A stretch of DNA of 64,000 bases from the NCBI GenBank assembly GCA_965112155.1, contig OZ218098.1; one strand, given 5' to 3'. Shown one piece after another: positions 60,421-64,000 of this stretch. The notes beneath the pieces were generated by a model. It saw only the letters and a program-made list of their open reading frames with translations. It was not told the origin of the DNA and searched no databases. Position 1 is the first letter of the stretch; the number at the start of each line of letters is the position of its first letter. The stretch comes from Podarcis liolepis (taxonomy: Eukaryota). The translations under genes were made by a program, and so were the position numbers.

Positions 60421-62958
60421 ATGAAGAAAACTGCTTCTATATTGTTTTCAGATATAGAATTATTTATTTATTTATATATATATGGCTGTAGAAGCCTATA
60501 TGTGAACAGCTGCTTTCTCATCAGCTTTCTTGATGCAAACATTGTGGGTGTGCGGGTGTGTGAACAAGGAATTATCTAAGTGGATCTTCTATGGCTAGGA
60601 GATGAATGGTTCATCCAAAAAGACCCTCTACCAACCAAGCACATTTCTGAGACATTTAAAACATAGAATAAGTTCTCACATTCTGATCTGAGGAGGAACA
60701 GTGTGCTGGCTTAGTGTGCAGGCCAAATTTCTAAAGGTCTTTAAACAGGCTGTTCCTGCCTTTAAATGACTCTTTACGACTTGAAATGTTATGACCAACA
60801 CTTGAAATGGATTCAAAGAAATCAACAGATACATTCATGGCTTTTTGTAAAGTCGAATAAGTAACCTAAGCCACTGTTGCATGCTTTAAAGTTTTATTTT
60901 AGCTTGTTGCTTTGTCTTAAAACATAGCCAGAGTTCACACAGAAGCCTGTGAATAAGGCTTCACGTGGTGATAAGCCTCTGGGAGACTGTAGCAGTTCCA
61001 AGTGCTGCTGCTACCTACTGAGAGATTCTTTCCAGCCCTCCCTTAGCACTGCTGCTGCCACTGACCACCCACCTCCTTACTCACTATTCTTCTCACAACG
61101 CCTGGCAGATTCCAGTTTTTGGAACTGTTGCAGTCAATCGGAGGCTTCTCATCATGCTGAGTCTTCTAAATGGGCTCCTGTGTGGCAAGGAGAGCTAAAT
61201 GGATCTAGCCAAAACAAAATAAGATTGTCCGTTTACATTGAAGCCTAGCGCTGGTGGTCATTTGTTGAGATTTCCCTCAATAAGAAAACAGAACTCATGC
61301 ATAGTGGTCATGTTCAGAATAGATTGTGCAAAATAGCAGGGCAACATTCTGAAGTCAAAGTTGGCTTATGACACTTTGTTTGCTTGTTCCTTGCCTTTCA
61401 GTTGTGACTTCCACTACAGCCCCATCACTGCTAATGGATTCAGCAAAATGTCACAATGTATGGCAGTTAATTTATGGTGGGGGTGTGAAACTTTCTATTT
61501 GTGGGATTTACTCTCCTGGAGTCCATGCACTCCTTGGTTGATTTACATTTGTGAAGGCTACATGCTAGACAAATGGGGCCCATGAAAATGATTCAGAGGA
61601 CAGAAAAGAAATACACAATGAATAAAACAAATGACAGGCATCTCATAAAATTACTTCTCAGAAATAATCACCAGGGTGAAAACAGGGAGGGAAATACTAA
61701 CTTTTTATCTCCTAGACAATATGCACTACTTCACGTTCTATGCATCCCCTTTCTTTAGTCATCATTAATCTTATCAAAACATCAAGTACTTCAAACCAGA
61801 CCTGAATATGAAAATAAAAAAAGAATAAATGAATTGGTTTGCCCAGCTACTAGCAGTAAGGATGATTCAGTCTATGTTCTTGTCTTTACTTTTTTACTTG
61901 TACCATAATATATAAACCACACACAACCTTGCAACAGGATTTATCAGTTCAGACTGAGTTCAAAAGTGTTATTTGCTGCTTCTTACATAATTTAGCACAT
62001 AATTTAACAATTATAAGTTGAAATTTATACGAATGCCTTTGGATCACACAGTGACCTAGATTGCACAGTTGAGCTACAGAGATGGTATTGTATTTATTTT
62101 TTATTTTAGTGATGGGTGGAAAGAGTGTCAGCATCACATTATGCTGCTGCTGCTGCAAGAATTGTTCTGGCTTTCAATCAGTTACCAGGCCAGGTTCAAG
62201 GTGTCCTGTATGGTTTGGGACCAGGATACCTAAAATACCATCTTAGTTCCTACATACTCTATCAATCACTGCATATTGTAGGAGAAGGCTTCCTGCAGAT
62301 ATCATGCTATCAGAACATCTGTTCTACCCAGTGTCCCATTGCAGCAGTTTGAGTCAGCTGGCCCTTGTGAGCCTTCCAATGACAGTGACCAGTAAAAGAG
62401 GGCCTGGGTCATGCCTTTAATAGTGGTATAGGAGAGGGTAATTTGGGCAGATACATCCCACATAACAAACTGTGCCTGCCAAAATAGTCTCTCCTTCACA
62501 CCTCTTACAAGAGGAGAATTGGCATATCTTCAGGAATTCTTTCAGCTTTCTGACATTATGAATATAACATGATGTCTTTCATGAATGCACCAGTTTATAC
62601 AATTTCTTTATTGTCACTGATTAATCAGGAATAATTTGTCTGGCAAATTATTGTTTCAGATGCTCAGTCGCTTTAGTTGCTGTTATGCTCAGGGTATGTT
62701 TCTGTTCAGAATAACAATTGGAATTACATAACAAAAAGGCTAACTAAAAATGCACCCATTTGAATTGTCCCTTTTATTTTGCTTTTAAAGATCAGCTTCT
62801 CGTTTTCTGTTTTTGTGCTTCTTCTTACCATCATTTCCATCACGTGGAAACAGGAAGATGAACCAATAGGCAACAGCAAATGATGCCCACCCATTTGCAC
62901 AAGAGAAAACTGATTGAGCAACAGTTTATCACACACCCCTTCCCAAGTAGCCTCTAGG

Positions 62959-63313
62959 AAAAGGTAAAGGGACCCCTGACCATTAGGTCCAGTCGCGGAT
63001 GACTCTGGGGTTGCGGCGTTCATCTCGCTTTACTGGCCGAGGGAGCCGGCCTACAGCTTCCGGGTCATGTGGCCAGCATGACTAAGCCGCTTCTGGCGAA
63101 CCAGAGCAGCGCATGGAAACGCCGTTTACCTTCCCGCCAGAGCGGTACCTACCGGTATTTATCTGCTTGCACTGCGTGCTTTTGAACTGCTAGGTTGGCA
63201 GGAGCAGGGACTGAGCAACGGGAGCTCACCCCATCAAGGGGATTCAAACTGCCAACCTTCTGATCGGCAAGCCCTAGGCTCAGTGGTTTAGACCACAGTG
63301 CCACCTGTGCCCC
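62959..63313 (-). mobile_element. Sauria SINE, near full length
   Basis: Reverse complement highly similar to 10189-10533. Confidence 0.92.
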
Positions 63314-64000
63314 AAACCCTCTGGAGGAGTTCACTGTGGGCCATACTCCTTACTCTACATCGGTATTTGGCTTACCACTAGCCTCATATCCATTTGTCCA
63401 TGCATTAGTGTGATCATTTGCAACCTATCAATGAGCAACTGAAATTGGCTGACCTGTACCAGGGGCTGAACATTGCCAACAATGGTTCAGCAGGAGTAAG
63501 CACTGCTCATTTTTAGATATCTTCCATAAACTGCATTATTCAGACAGGCCTTCCAAACCTGATATTCTTTGCTAACCGGCTTTTACCAATGTGTTTGATG
63601 TTGTTTAATTGTTTCGCTGTGGCATTTTTATTTTTATTTAGGTTGTATGTCACCTTGTGATGTTTTCTGGGAAAGTATGGTTTATATATGTGCCTAAATA
63701 AATAAATAAATAAATAATAAACAAGATGTCCCTGTGCACAAGAAATAATGTTGGTGTCCCAGTCACATGGAAGCTTACACATGAGCAGCTGCTTCACTGT
63801 ATACAAACACACAACTCATGTGCGGATATCCATCCAGAGGCAGGGTCAGCAGCATTCACAGTGCCAGAGTTGGAGCTAGGAGCATGGCCCCATTCTGCAA
63901 TAACAGTGCAATGCCCCCGTTACATGAGTAACACTATAGGGAGGGGGTTTAAGTATTCTTGAGCCAACTGAAATCAGTGGCTCAGGCTGCTTTTATTCTA

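Noticed and set aside
1-64000. CRISPR arrays, rRNA, operons or other prokaryotic systems
   Set aside because: Vertebrate repeat landscape; no repeat-spacer arrays or gene-dense coding sequence seen

Overview
Eukaryotic, AT-rich, repeat-dense DNA that looks intronic or intergenic. The repeat set (Sauria SINEs, BovB/RTE, young L2, CR1, Rex1/Babar, an RTEX-like LINE, Penelope-type elements, Gypsy-like solo LTRs, many hAT and Tc1/mariner MITEs) points to a squamate reptile, probably a lacertid lizard (inference). I could not identify a host protein-coding gene; the long ORFs are retroelement-derived and the rest look like chance ORFs. The most notable observations are three. (1) Two ~225-bp Penelope-type insertions are long fold-back palindromes carrying minimal hammerhead-ribozyme motifs, on both strands in the intact copy. 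Each has 12-bp flanking duplications, and the two arms of each copy share that copy's private variants. (2) A solo LTR has a U3 filled by an intact 108-aa acidic/Pro-rich ORF starting at LTR base 5 and ending in an HMGN-like RRSARLxA motif. Three further LTR copies also have an ATG at base 5. (3) A 2.6-kb RTEX-like LINE ORF2 is broken by a single nonsense codon. Family names come from recalled motifs, not database searches.
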